The notes under the pieces are model-generated. The model was given only the letters and a program-made list of their open reading frames with translations, was not told the origin of the DNA and ran no database searches. Below, piece after piece: positions 9,351 to 17,969 of a DNA stretch of 36,308 nucleotides. The stretch is from assembly GCA_031283915.1 (NCBI GenBank), contig JAITAY010000147.1, positions 1 through 36,308 on the forward strand, in the 5' to 3' direction. Source of the DNA: Tannerella sp. (GTDB taxonomy: Bacteria > Bacteroidota > Bacteroidia > Bacteroidales > Tannerellaceae). The position numbers and the translations under genes were made by a program. Position 1 is the stretch's first letter; every line of letters starts with the position of its first letter.

Positions 9351-9995
9351 TTACAGGCAGATCGTTTTCACGCCATAACCGTCTTCAAAAAACAGGAGGA
9401 GCTTTCCCAGAAATGCAGTTGTTGATTCGGAACCGCCGGTCAGGTCGGAGAGATTGACGACCGGACCGGGGACGGAGGCGATACGCCCTCCCCGCAGGGT
9501 TGAGTCGCCTTGCAGGGCGCGGAACATCCGGCAGAGGTCGGTACGGTGCAGCAGCGTCCCGTGAAAAAGTATCCGGTTGCGTGTGATGTGGGAGGCCGTG
9601 CCGGAGATTTTTCGCCCGTCCGCCAGCAGTTCCTTTCGTTGGCCGACAATAGCCGTGATACCGAACGTGCGTAATGCACGCCTGATCGGCGCCGTAAAAT
9701 CCATATCCAGGAAAGAAACGTCCGTTTTTCCGCAGATGAACGCATAATTGATGTTCCCGTAATCCTGATAGACCGTTCCGCCGCCCGAAACCCGCCGGAA
9801 CACCTCAATGCCCTGTTCCCGACAGTAGGCGGTATCCACTTCCGCTTCAATCCGTTGGTTTCGTCCCACAATAACCGACGGACGGTTGATGTAAAACAGC
9901 AGGATGTCCGGCGCGACGGGCTGTTCCGACAGGAAACGGCACTCCAGCGCACCATTCTGCGACGGCGCGTCGGACATGCTTCGCAACAACAGCAT
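9351..9995 (-). CDS. lplA: Lipoate-protein ligase A family, catalytic domain only
   Basis: SVIVGRNQ, RRVSGGGTVYQDYGNINY, GRKISGTA and HGTLL. At 214 aa it lacks the C-terminal LplA domain. Confidence 0.85.
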   Translation of the reverse strand: MLLLRSMSDAPSQNGALECRFLSEQPVAPDILLFYINRPSVIVGRNQRIEAEVDTAYCREQGIEVFRRVSGGGTVYQDYGNINYAFICGKTDVSFLDMDFTAPIRRALRTFGITAIVGQRKELLADGRKISGTASHITRNRILFHGTLLHRTDLCRMFRALQGDSTLRGGRIASVPGPVVNLSDLTGGSESTTAFLGKLLLFFEDGYGVKTICL

Positions 9996-10001
9996 CCTGC
10001 C

Positions 10002-11303
10002 TTATTCTACACGAAATGCGACGCGCAAATCTTCCACTTCTTCGTCCGAAATCGGGCTTAACTCACCGATCGCTTTCGCCATAATCAGCGATTTGGCGCT
10101 GAACTCGGCCACTTCCAGCCGGTCGAACGTTTGCAGCAGGCCGTCGCCCGTCACGATGAACGAATCATTCGCCAGCAGAATGGCCGGGATGGTTTTCAGC
10201 ATTTCGGCAATCTCCGTATTATGCTCGTATTGCATGGCAAACTGAACCGTCGGGATGTCTTTCAGGAAGATCCAGCTCTCCGGAATGGTGCGCACGTTGA
10301 TTTTTACACCCGACGTACAGAAGCCCATCAGATGCGGCGGTTGCGTCAGGATGATAGAATTAATTTTAGGATTGGCCTGGTAAATCGCCTGATGCAGTGC
10401 TACCGAACGGCTGGGTATCTTACCGGCTTCTACCATTCCGTTCTTGATTTGCACGATATTATGCGGCTCGATGTCCCAGCGGGGAACGCCCGGAGGCGTA
10501 ATCAGGAAATCATTGCCCCGCCAGCGCACCGAAACCGTCCCGTAGGAACTGATCATCAAGTCCTGGTCGCAGGCGCGACGGACGATGGTCACAATCTCGT
10601 TGCGGATGGCACGCTCGTCCGAGGGATAGGTGACGCCCATGAAATACGGAAAATCCGTCGGAATCGCGTGCTCGTGCTGTTCGATTTGCCGGTCGGTCAG
10701 GTACGTCGGTTCACCCAGGATCTTGGCGTTGATCAGCGTACGGGCGCAAAACTCCAGCGTCTCGAACCGCTGATATGCATCCATTATGTCTTCGCCGCTG
10801 AGCACGACGCCGTGATTTTCCATGATGACGGCCTTGTAGTCCTGATGTTGTGCAAACTCGCCGGCGATCTTGTCGCCCAGATTGTGGCTGCCGGGTACGT
10901 CATACGGCGCAAATCCGATCCTTCCGCAGATACTTCTCGCCTGCGGGATGATGTTCGTGTTCGGGATTTGCTTGGTGATGCTGAACGAGACCAGCGCCGG
11001 CGGATGTGCATGAATGACGGCCTTCATCTGCGGACGTATTTCATATATCGCCTTGTGGAAAGGAAATTCCGACGAGGGACGGTGAGATCCGACAACGGTG
11101 CCGTCGGCCTTGACACAGACAATGTCTTTCGTTGTCAGCGACCCCTTGTCAATAGCTGCCGGCGTGATCCAGATGTCGCCGTTTTCATCCTTGATAGAGA
11201 TGTTTCCGCCCGAAGTCGTCGTCATGCCGCTCCGGTAGATCCGGCTGATAACTACCCTGATCTGGTCGGCCGGATGCATTAATTTTGTATCCAATTGTTT
11301 CAT
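10002..11303 (-). CDS. Class II aldolase/adducin-family protein with two tandem domains
   Basis: Domain 1 has SGGNIS, PSSEFPFH, AVIHAHP and MENHG. A second homologous domain starts at about residue 230. Confidence 0.9.
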   Translation of the reverse strand: MKQLDTKLMHPADQIRVVISRIYRSGMTTTSGGNISIKDENGDIWITPAAIDKGSLTTKDIVCVKADGTVVGSHRPSSEFPFHKAIYEIRPQMKAVIHAHPPALVSFSITKQIPNTNIIPQARSICGRIGFAPYDVPGSHNLGDKIAGEFAQHQDYKAVIMENHGVVLSGEDIMDAYQRFETLEFCARTLINAKILGEPTYLTDRQIEQHEHAIPTDFPYFMGVTYPSDERAIRNEIVTIVRRACDQDLMISSYGTVSVRWRGNDFLITPPGVPRWDIEPHNIVQIKNGMVEAGKIPSRSVALHQAIYQANPKINSIILTQPPHLMGFCTSGVKINVRTIPESWIFLKDIPTVQFAMQYEHNTEIAEMLKTIPAILLANDSFIVTGDGLLQTFDRLEVAEFSAKSLIMAKAIGELSPISDEEVEDLRVAFRVE

Positions 11304-11340
11304 ATTCGATTTCTTGTTATGATGTTTGACAAATTGTATG

Positions 11341-11378
11341 CGGGAGGAGGGATGATGCCGTTCCGCACGCTCCTCCCG
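11341..11378. terminator. Intercistronic hairpin between the dehydrogenase and aldolase genes
   Basis: CGGGAGGAG (11341-11349) / CTCCTCCCG (11370-11378). The T-tract follows on the + strand only, so its role on the coding (-) strand may be stabilisation. Confidence 0.45.
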
Positions 11379-11384
11379 ATTTTT

Positions 11385-12659
11385 TCAGACGGCATCCGCG
11401 TGCGCCAGCAGATACGTTTCCGCTTCGACATTCCAGAGGCCGTGATGGCGTTCGCACAACCGGTGCAGTTCCGCAAACACGGGATTTGTTTTCCCGCGCG
11501 TTTCAAATTCGGCAATGGGCGTCAGCGGAAGGCTGATATGCGTATATATCAGTTTTTTTCCTCCGGGAATGGAAGGCAGGTTCACCGTCGTGTCGATGAC
11601 GGCGTCCAGGCCGCCGATGTGCGTCACCAGACCGGCCGGATCCAGTCCCTGTCCCATCATAGCCAGCGCTTCCTTCATGTCGTCCGTGTTTCCGCCGCTT
11701 GTACCCACCACGTGCGTACAGGCATAATGCACATTGTAGAAGTTAAATGACGCGCTGAAATCCGTTTTGGAAGGACCGGCAAAGAAATTGAGACAGCCGT
11801 CGAAAGCCAGCAGTGCATCAGCCTGTTCGACGATGGCCGCCACAGGAGCAAAGACAAACACGTCGTCATAGCCTTTTCCGCCGGCCAGCGCTTTCAGTTC
11901 GTCGACGGGGTCGGCCATCCCGCCGGTATGAACATAGCGCAATTCAATGCCGTTGCGGGCAGCTTCGGCGGGACTGTAAAGCAAGGCCGCACGGTCGAGG
12001 CGTGCCCGGTCAATGTCAGTCACGACGATCAGCCGGGGTTTGCGGTCGGTGCGGTGGATGGCATAGTTGATGGCCGCCAGTCCCATCGGGCCGACGCCGG
12101 CCAGAATGGCCATATTGCCGCCGTCCCTGATTTCCATCCGGTGACGATACGACCCCGGTGTTGTGTGGTAATTTGCGTGCATGGCGCCGATCACACATGA
12201 CAGCGGTTCGGAGAGAGAGGCCGGATAATAACCGGCGCCCGTATAGTGTAGCAGGCATCCGTTGGCCATCACGGCATTCGGAATAATGACATACGTCGCG
12301 TCGCCGCCGATATACCGGTAGGAATAGCCCGGTGCACTCAGGAGGCCGACAGGGCCGTCCGGATCGTTCAGCGCCGGCTGGATGGAGAACTTGTCGCCCG
12401 CCTTGAAGGCATGACTCCATTGACTGCCCACTTCGACGATTTCACCCGCAAATTCGTGGCCGATCATGACGGGGTTCCGATGTACGTCGCGCGGTACACG
12501 TTTATGGATATCCGCTTCGTGCGTCGCCTTGTACGACGACATGCAAATACTGTCGCACACCACTTTCGCAAGAATCCCGTCTTTTCCGATTGCCGGCAAA
12601 TCAAATGTCTCCAACCGGAGGTCATTCCTGCCATACAATCTCACTGCTTTTGTTTTCAT
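11385..12659 (-). CDS. Zinc-binding medium-chain dehydrogenase, L-sorbose-1-phosphate reductase (SorE)-like
   Basis: MKTKAVRLYG, DSICMSSYKA, GHEFAG, GVGPMG and GTSGG. No four-Cys structural zinc lobe. Confidence 0.85.
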   Translation of the reverse strand: MKTKAVRLYGRNDLRLETFDLPAIGKDGILAKVVCDSICMSSYKATHEADIHKRVPRDVHRNPVMIGHEFAGEIVEVGSQWSHAFKAGDKFSIQPALNDPDGPVGLLSAPGYSYRYIGGDATYVIIPNAVMANGCLLHYTGAGYYPASLSEPLSCVIGAMHANYHTTPGSYRHRMEIRDGGNMAILAGVGPMGLAAINYAIHRTDRKPRLIVVTDIDRARLDRAALLYSPAEAARNGIELRYVHTGGMADPVDELKALAGGKGYDDVFVFAPVAAIVEQADALLAFDGCLNFFAGPSKTDFSASFNFYNVHYACTHVVGTSGGNTDDMKEALAMMGQGLDPAGLVTHIGGLDAVIDTTVNLPSIPGGKKLIYTHISLPLTPIAEFETRGKTNPVFAELHRLCERHHGLWNVEAETYLLAHADAV

Positions 12660-12745
12660 TGTTCTATCGATTATTTATTGAGTATTTGAAACGTCTTTTT
12701 ATCTGCCCGCATTCCGTTTGTTTGAACATGCCTGCAAATTGCCTG

Positions 12746-12777
12746 CAAAGGTACGCATATTATGGTTTTTCCACAAA
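12746..12777 (-). promoter_or_regulatory. Bacteroidota housekeeping promoter for the dehydrogenase-aldolase-lplA operon
   Basis: On the - strand: TTTG (12777-12774), 20 nt, then TACCTTTG (12753-12746). This matches TTTG-N19-21-TAnnTTTG. Confidence 0.75.
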
Positions 12778-12950
12778 TCTGTTTACGCCTCGTTACACGT
12801 ATGGACAGGCGATAGAATTGCACAGTTTAAACACTCCATGTTGAAGCGGAGATATCGCTACAAAGGAAGAAATGCAGGAAGAAGTTTTGGCTTGTCAGAC
12901 AGACAGAAATAACAAAAATCGTAAAATTCACCGGCGGTTTACTGCAAAGA

Positions 12951-13140
12951 AAACAGGTAGTTAGTAGCTGGTAGAATACTAGCCGGCAGTTCTGTGATAC
13001 GACGAAGCTGTCCGCTCAAACCCTCACGTTTACGCCTTTCCTTCCAACGGCCGCTTTTCTGCCAACCGCCCGCTACTTACTACTAACTACCAGCTACTAA
13101 CTGCCCCTTTATGCACAAAACGATACCGCGCGCAGTATAA
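12951..13140. mobile_element. Second, transposase-free copy of the MITE-like element
   Basis: AAACAGGTAGTTAGTAG as at 962-978; internal 16-bp IR at 12959-12974 / 13087-13102; right end CCCCTTTATGCACAAAACGATACCGCGCGCAGTATAA. The outer left end is degenerate. Confidence 0.7.
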
Positions 13141-13210
13141 ATGACACACATACGACGATTTGAGATGCACCCATCCCTCTTCGTTTATTGATTTATTAGA
13201 TTATAATCTT

Positions 13211-13218
13211 TATCTTTG
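13211..13218 (+). promoter_or_regulatory. -7 promoter box of ftsK
   Basis: TATCTTTG lies 31 nt before ATG 13250. Confidence 0.6.
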
Positions 13219-13249
13219 CACGCAATTTGGGTGTTCCGTAAAAACAGAT

Positions 13250-15706
13250 ATGGCAAAGAAATCGACGAAAAAGAAACATTCGGGAAGCAGTATGGATGAC
13301 TTGTGGGAATGGTTCGGCACATTCTTAACGGGTGAGCGCGTGCATTTCCTGGCAGGTTTGATTCTCTGTTTTCTGGTCGTTTACACGGGGATTGCATCAC
13401 TCTCGTTCTTTTTTACGGGCGGCGCCGATCAGAGCGCAGTAGAGAATATCCCGGTCAGGGATTTGCTCGCAGGCAACCGGCAGGTGAGTAACTGGGCGGG
13501 TATCCGCGGCGCCTATATCGCAGATCTGTTAATGAATCGATGGTTCGGAATCCCTTCCTTTTTCATACTGTTTTACGTGGGTTCGCTGGGGGTGAAGTGG
13601 ATGGGCATCTGCCGGCTCTCCCTGCTTAAACGTTTCCTGTTGTGCACGGCCATGCTGTTGTGGAGTTCCCTGTTTTTGTCGTTTGTCTTCATGAGGAGCT
13701 GTCAAGATTCCTTCCTTTTCCTGGGCGGACAGCAGGGTTTTTATCTCTCGGAAATGTTGATCCGGAATTTCGGAAAACCGGGTGTGATTCTCCTGTTGAT
13801 GGTCAGTTTTCTGATCATCGCCATCTGTTTGAGTACAAAAGTCATCCCCGCGTTGCAGAAAGCCTTTTCGTTTACGTGGCTTGAAGAGTGTAAGCTGCCG
13901 ATGCCGAAACTGAAATGGCCAAAACCCGCCGGAACAAAAAGGCATGAGCGGGAAACCGACGACGAAGAAGAAGGAGAAGAAGAACCTTTGCCGCCGCCTC
14001 CGGCAAACCGTCCGTTTGCCCCCTCCGGTTCGGACGATGACGTAGTCTTTATCGTCACCAGACCCGAGGGTGACGGGGAACCGTACGGGACATCCGGAGA
14101 CGTCCGGCCGCCGGTTCAGCCCGCTGCCGCGTCGCGTCCGCCGCATCCCTTGCTGCCGGACAACGACGACGATCCGTATAACGAATCCGCACTGGGTGAA
14201 TACAATCCCCGTCTGGACCTGTCGAACTATCAGTTCCCGAGCCTGGATTTACTGAAAATATATGACCAGACGCAGGCCTTCAATCCCGAAGAACAGAACG
14301 ACAACAAGAAACGCATCAAGCAGACACTGGAAGAATTTGGCATCCACATCGCCTCCATCAGCGCCACCGTAGGCCCGACGCTGACGCTTTACGAAGTCGT
14401 ACCGGCCGTCGGGATCGCCATCCGGAAAATCAAGAATTTGGAAGACGATATCGCCATGCGGCTTGCGGCGCTGGGGATTCGTATCATCGCGCCCATTCCC
14501 GGAAAGGGAACCATCGGCATCGAAGTGCCCAACAAGGATGCGCAGACCGTTTCCATGCGTCCGCTGCTTGCTTCACGCAAGTTTAACGAAAGCAAGTTCG
14601 ATTTGCCGATCGCGCTGGGACGCACGATTACGAACGACGTTTTCATGTTCGACCTCTGCAAGGCGCCCCACCTGCTGATGGCCGGCGCTACGGGACAGGG
14701 CAAGTCGGTCGGACTGAACGCCGTCATTACCTCGCTGCTCTACAAGAAACATCCGGCGGAAATGAAGCTGGTGCTCGTCGATCCCAAGATGGTCGAATTC
14801 AGTATCTACAGCAAGATAGAACGTCACTACCTGGCCAAGCTGCCGGACGAGGAGAAAGCCATCATCACCGACTGCGACAGGGTGATCAACACCCTGAACT
14901 CGCTCTGCAAAGAGATGGACGACCGCTACGAACTGCTGACCAAAGCCCACGTACGCAACGTCAAGGAATACAACGAAAAGTTCGTCAACCGCCGCCTGAA
15001 TCCCGAAAAGGGACACCGTTACATGCCCTACATCGTGGTGGTGATCGACGAATTTGGCGACCTGATTATGCAGGCGGGCAAGGAAATCGAAATGCCGATC
15101 GCACGGATTGCCCAAAAGGCCAGGGCGATCGGTATTCACATGATCATCGCCACCCAGCGCCCCTCGACCAGCATCCTCACCGGAAACATCAAGGCCAACT
15201 TTCCAACGCGCGTTGCCTTCCGCGTGTCCCAGATGGTCGATTCGCGTACGATCCTCGACCAGCCGGGCGCCAACAAGCTGATCGGGCGCGGCGACCTGCT
15301 CTTCTCCGGCGGAAGCATCGACATGACGCGGGTACAATGCGCCTTTGTCGACACGCCGGAGGTGGAAAGCATCGCCTCCTTCATCGGCCAGCAGCCGGGA
15401 TACAAAAGCGCCTACGAGTTGCCGGAATGCCTGCCGGCGGAGGCCGGAGACGGCGCGGCGAATGGCATGGACCTGTCCGATCGCGACCCGATGTTTGAAG
15501 AAGCTGCACGTTTGATCGTCGTCCAGCAACAGGGTTCGACCTCGTTGATTCAGCGCAAGTTTTCCATCGGCTACAATCGCGCCGGCCGCCTGATGGATCA
15601 GCTGGAACGCGCCGGCATCGTCGGGCCGGCCGAAGGCAGCAAGGCGCGGGAGGTCTTAATCCCGGATCAATATACACTGGACATTAAATTATCGACATTG
15701 AAATGA
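13250..15706 (+). CDS. ftsK: DNA translocase FtsK
   Basis: N-terminal TM domain, Pro/acidic linker, Walker A GATGQGKS, VVIDEFGDL, ATQRPS, and gamma domain LIQRKFSIGYNRAGRLMDQLE. Start set to MAKK, downstream of the promoter. Confidence 0.97.
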   Translation: MAKKSTKKKHSGSSMDDLWEWFGTFLTGERVHFLAGLILCFLVVYTGIASLSFFFTGGADQSAVENIPVRDLLAGNRQVSNWAGIRGAYIADLLMNRWFGIPSFFILFYVGSLGVKWMGICRLSLLKRFLLCTAMLLWSSLFLSFVFMRSCQDSFLFLGGQQGFYLSEMLIRNFGKPGVILLLMVSFLIIAICLSTKVIPALQKAFSFTWLEECKLPMPKLKWPKPAGTKRHERETDDEEEGEEEPLPPPPANRPFAPSGSDDDVVFIVTRPEGDGEPYGTSGDVRPPVQPAAASRPPHPLLPDNDDDPYNESALGEYNPRLDLSNYQFPSLDLLKIYDQTQAFNPEEQNDNKKRIKQTLEEFGIHIASISATVGPTLTLYEVVPAVGIAIRKIKNLEDDIAMRLAALGIRIIAPIPGKGTIGIEVPNKDAQTVSMRPLLASRKFNESKFDLPIALGRTITNDVFMFDLCKAPHLLMAGATGQGKSVGLNAVITSLLYKKHPAEMKLVLVDPKMVEFSIYSKIERHYLAKLPDEEKAIITDCDRVINTLNSLCKEMDDRYELLTKAHVRNVKEYNEKFVNRRLNPEKGHRYMPYIVVVIDEFGDLIMQAGKEIEMPIARIAQKARAIGIHMIIATQRPSTSILTGNIKANFPTRVAFRVSQMVDSRTILDQPGANKLIGRGDLLFSGGSIDMTRVQCAFVDTPEVESIASFIGQQPGYKSAYELPECLPAEAGDGAANGMDLSDRDPMFEEAARLIVVQQQGSTSLIQRKFSIGYNRAGRLMDQLERAGIVGPAEGSKAREVLIPDQYTLDIKLSTLK

Positions 15707-16347
15707 AACGGAAATGGATACCAGTCGTGTGCTGCTGGCTGGCGGCAGCCGGTTTCGCTTCGGCACAGAAAGCAGAGGCGTTGCTCGAAAAAGCCGCAGC
15801 CGCCTACGAAAAAGCCGGCGGGATTTCGGTGCAGTTCGCGGCGAACCTTCACGGCGAAAGCCGGCAGATCTCGGAAAGTTTTGAAGGAACGATTCGGATG
15901 AAAGCAGACAAATTCGTGTTAGTCACACCCGACATACGCACGTGGTATGACGGCTCGACGCAGTGGACCTACATGGTGCGCACGGAAGAAGTGAACATCA
16001 CCCGTCCGTCGGGCGACGAACTGCCTTTTACCAATCCGATGACGCTGTTGCGCACCTGGAAGAAAGACTTCAAGCCGGCCTGTATCGGCGAAAGCACGGT
16101 CGGTGAGGGGAAAATGGCCGACGACGTCTCGCTGGTAGCCAAAAGCAGCGGTCAGGAAGTGGAAACGGTCGAATTGCAGTTAGACCGGGCGACCTCGTTG
16201 CCGGCGAGGATGACCGTGACGATGAAAAACAAACTCCGGAGTGTGATCCGGATTGACAAAATGCAGACGGGACTTGACCTCCCGGACAAGTTATTTACAT
16301 TTCCCGAGGCCGACTATCCGAATGTGGAAATCGTAGACTTGAGGTGA
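15703..16347 (+). CDS. lolA: LolA-like outer membrane lipoprotein chaperone
   Basis: Signal peptide, TWYDGSTQWTY...EEVNIT, NPMTLL, and C-terminal FTF...EIVDLR. Overlaps the ftsK stop (ATGA). Confidence 0.85.
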   Translation: MKRKWIPVVCCWLAAAGFASAQKAEALLEKAAAAYEKAGGISVQFAANLHGESRQISESFEGTIRMKADKFVLVTPDIRTWYDGSTQWTYMVRTEEVNITRPSGDELPFTNPMTLLRTWKKDFKPACIGESTVGEGKMADDVSLVAKSSGQEVETVELQLDRATSLPARMTVTMKNKLRSVIRIDKMQTGLDLPDKLFTFPEADYPNVEIVDLR

Positions 16348-16375
16348 GGAATAACGGAATAACGAAATAACGGAA
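16348..16375. repeat. 8-bp microsatellite (GGAATAAC) x3.5 immediately after the lolA stop
   Basis: GGAATAAC GGAATAAC GAAATAAC GGAA. Confidence 0.8.
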
Positions 16376-16386
16376 CGGGGGTTGAG

Positions 16387-16746
16387 ATGGAAAAAATACG
16401 CTGTTTGTCCATAAGGGTCGCGCATTTTAAACCTGTGAAGCGGGTGAACGGGACAGCTCTGTTTCGTCTTATCACGGAGCTGCCGGCCGCCACGCTGCTA
16501 TTCGCTTATTTGATTTCCGCCGCGGGCAGTTTTGCCGTAACCTCCGGGAGAACTACCGACTATGTCGGCAGTTTCGCCGTAACCTCTGGCAAAACTACCG
16601 ACTATGTCGGTAGTTTTGCCGTAACCTCTGGGAGAACTACCGACTACGTCGGAGATTTGGTTAAATCGTGTGAAGAGGCTGTGCGGCCTTTCGCGGAAAG
16701 GCTTCCGTCCGTATCTATTGATATTTGTCATTTATTAACATTTTAA
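16387..16746 (+). CDS. Small hypothetical protein with three 14-aa repeats (GSFAVTSG[RK]TTDYV)
   Basis: 5 of the 6 variable positions between repeat copies are synonymous in this frame. The stop lies 10 nt before the DUF6261-like gene. The start is uncertain. Confidence 0.5.
   Translation: MEKIRCLSIRVAHFKPVKRVNGTALFRLITELPAATLLFAYLISAAGSFAVTSGRTTDYVGSFAVTSGKTTDYVGSFAVTSGRTTDYVGDLVKSCEEAVRPFAERLPSVSIDICHLLTF
16525..16650 (+). repeat. Tandem repeat, 3 x 42 bp (6 x 21-bp sub-units)
   Basis: Units start at 16525, 16567 and 16609; consensus GGCAGTTTTGCCGTAACCTCTGGGAGAACTACCGACTATGTC. Confidence 0.95.
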
Positions 16747-16756
16747 ACTATATGAG

Positions 16757-17698
16757 ATGATGATTAAGTTTGCAACTTTATTTTTTAAGTCATTGCCCAA
16801 CGAAGCTCATTACCGGTTTTTCGACAGGGCTACAAGTGAAATCGCCAAGGCGGGTGCAGCCGTGCATACGGCGTTAGGCTCGCTCGAGACGGATTTGAAC
16901 GGCTGGTTTGCACTGGAAACAGCCAACATAGAGTGGTATCGCAAAAGTGCGCTGACGGCCGCCATTGCCGATGCCGACCATGCCCTCGACCACGCCCTGG
17001 TCGGGATGGCGGCACAGGTGAATGCCGCACGCTACAGCGCCGACCTGGTCGTGGTTGCCGCTGCCGAACACGTGTATATCATGCTGAAAAGCTACGGTCA
17101 TGTAGCTCAAAAGCCCTATCTGCAGGAAGCCGGCGCCGTGAAAGCCATCCTCCTGCATCTCAACGGCGACCTGGCGACCGACGCTGCTACGGCCGGCATC
17201 AGCGCATGGATTCCGGAAATCGAAGGCGCACTGCACCAGTTTGTCAGCCTGATAGAGGAACGCGAGGCGGAAACGCTCGGCAAGCCCGAAAAGAATTTTC
17301 CCGAGGTGCGCCGCGGCATCGAAGGCGTCTGGCATCCCATCGTCACCCTGGTCAATTCCGGCGCCGCCCTGAACCTCTCGGAAGACTTTGCCGCCCTGAT
17401 TCGCGCCCTGAATCCCGAAATCGACTATCTCAACGGCGAGTTTCACCACGCAAAGCTGAACATTGCCACCGCCGAGCCTGCTCCCATCGGACAGCAGACC
17501 TACACCGGACGGCCCTGTACGCCTCTGCCCGAGGTGCTCTACGTCACTTCCGGCGGAACGATTCGGCTCGAACTGGGTAAGGATTTCAACGTGACCTACA
17601 AAAACAACGTCAACCCCGGTAATGCCGAATGTACCATCCACGGAAAAGGAAAATACAAAGGCCACCGAACCGTCACCTTTATCATTGCGCGTGATTAA
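16757..17698 (+). CDS. DUF6261-like helical protein with a C-terminal MBG/Ig-like domain
   Basis: LPNEAHYRF, TAAIADADHALD and YGHVAQKPYLQE resemble DUF6261 as recalled. The C-terminus QTYTGRPCTP...GKDFNVTYKNNVNPG...GKGKYKG is MBG-like. No signal peptide. Confidence 0.7.
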   Translation: MMIKFATLFFKSLPNEAHYRFFDRATSEIAKAGAAVHTALGSLETDLNGWFALETANIEWYRKSALTAAIADADHALDHALVGMAAQVNAARYSADLVVVAAAEHVYIMLKSYGHVAQKPYLQEAGAVKAILLHLNGDLATDAATAGISAWIPEIEGALHQFVSLIEEREAETLGKPEKNFPEVRRGIEGVWHPIVTLVNSGAALNLSEDFAALIRALNPEIDYLNGEFHHAKLNIATAEPAPIGQQTYTGRPCTPLPEVLYVTSGGTIRLELGKDFNVTYKNNVNPGNAECTIHGKGKYKGHRTVTFIIARD

Positions 17699-17720
17699 TG
17701 GTTGATGATTAATGAGGGAT

Positions 17721-17791
17721 GCATCCTTCACAGGATGCGATATAGGGTTATACCGGTTTATCTACCAGGCGATGCATCCCTGACGGGATGC
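17721..17791. repeat. REP-like palindrome pair (GCATCC-N6-GGATGC family)
   Basis: GCATCCTTCACAGGATGC at 17721-17738 and GCATCCCTGACGGGATGC at 17774-17791. A related inverted array lies at 33951-34036. Confidence 0.8.
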
Positions 17792-17813
17792 CGGAAACTG
17801 ACGGGAACGGGAT

Positions 17814-17843
17814 TAATGGTTAATGATTAATGATTAATGATTA
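17814..17843. repeat. 7-bp tandem repeat (TAATGAT) x4
   Basis: TAATGGT TAATGAT TAATGAT TAATGAT; a degenerate copy also lies at about 17696-17715. Confidence 0.8.
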
Positions 17844-17969
17844 GGGATTCGTGGTTTGGGACAGGAAATAGAAGACGGACAGGTTTAAATGATTACTGTT
17901 AGACTTTATTTATTTCCTCATCCCTGCTACTAACTTTCTCGTGAAATTTGTAAACAGAAATAAGTTGAT

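Noticed and set aside
13160-13249. Extended FtsK N-terminus from TTG 13160
   Set aside because: It overlaps the TATCTTTG promoter box; MAKK at 13250 is the plausible start.
13950-14180. Low-complexity acidic/Pro-rich stretch in ftsK
   Set aside because: Normal variable FtsK linker.
16525-16650. CRISPR array
   Set aside because: Head-to-tail repeats with no unique spacers and no cas genes.
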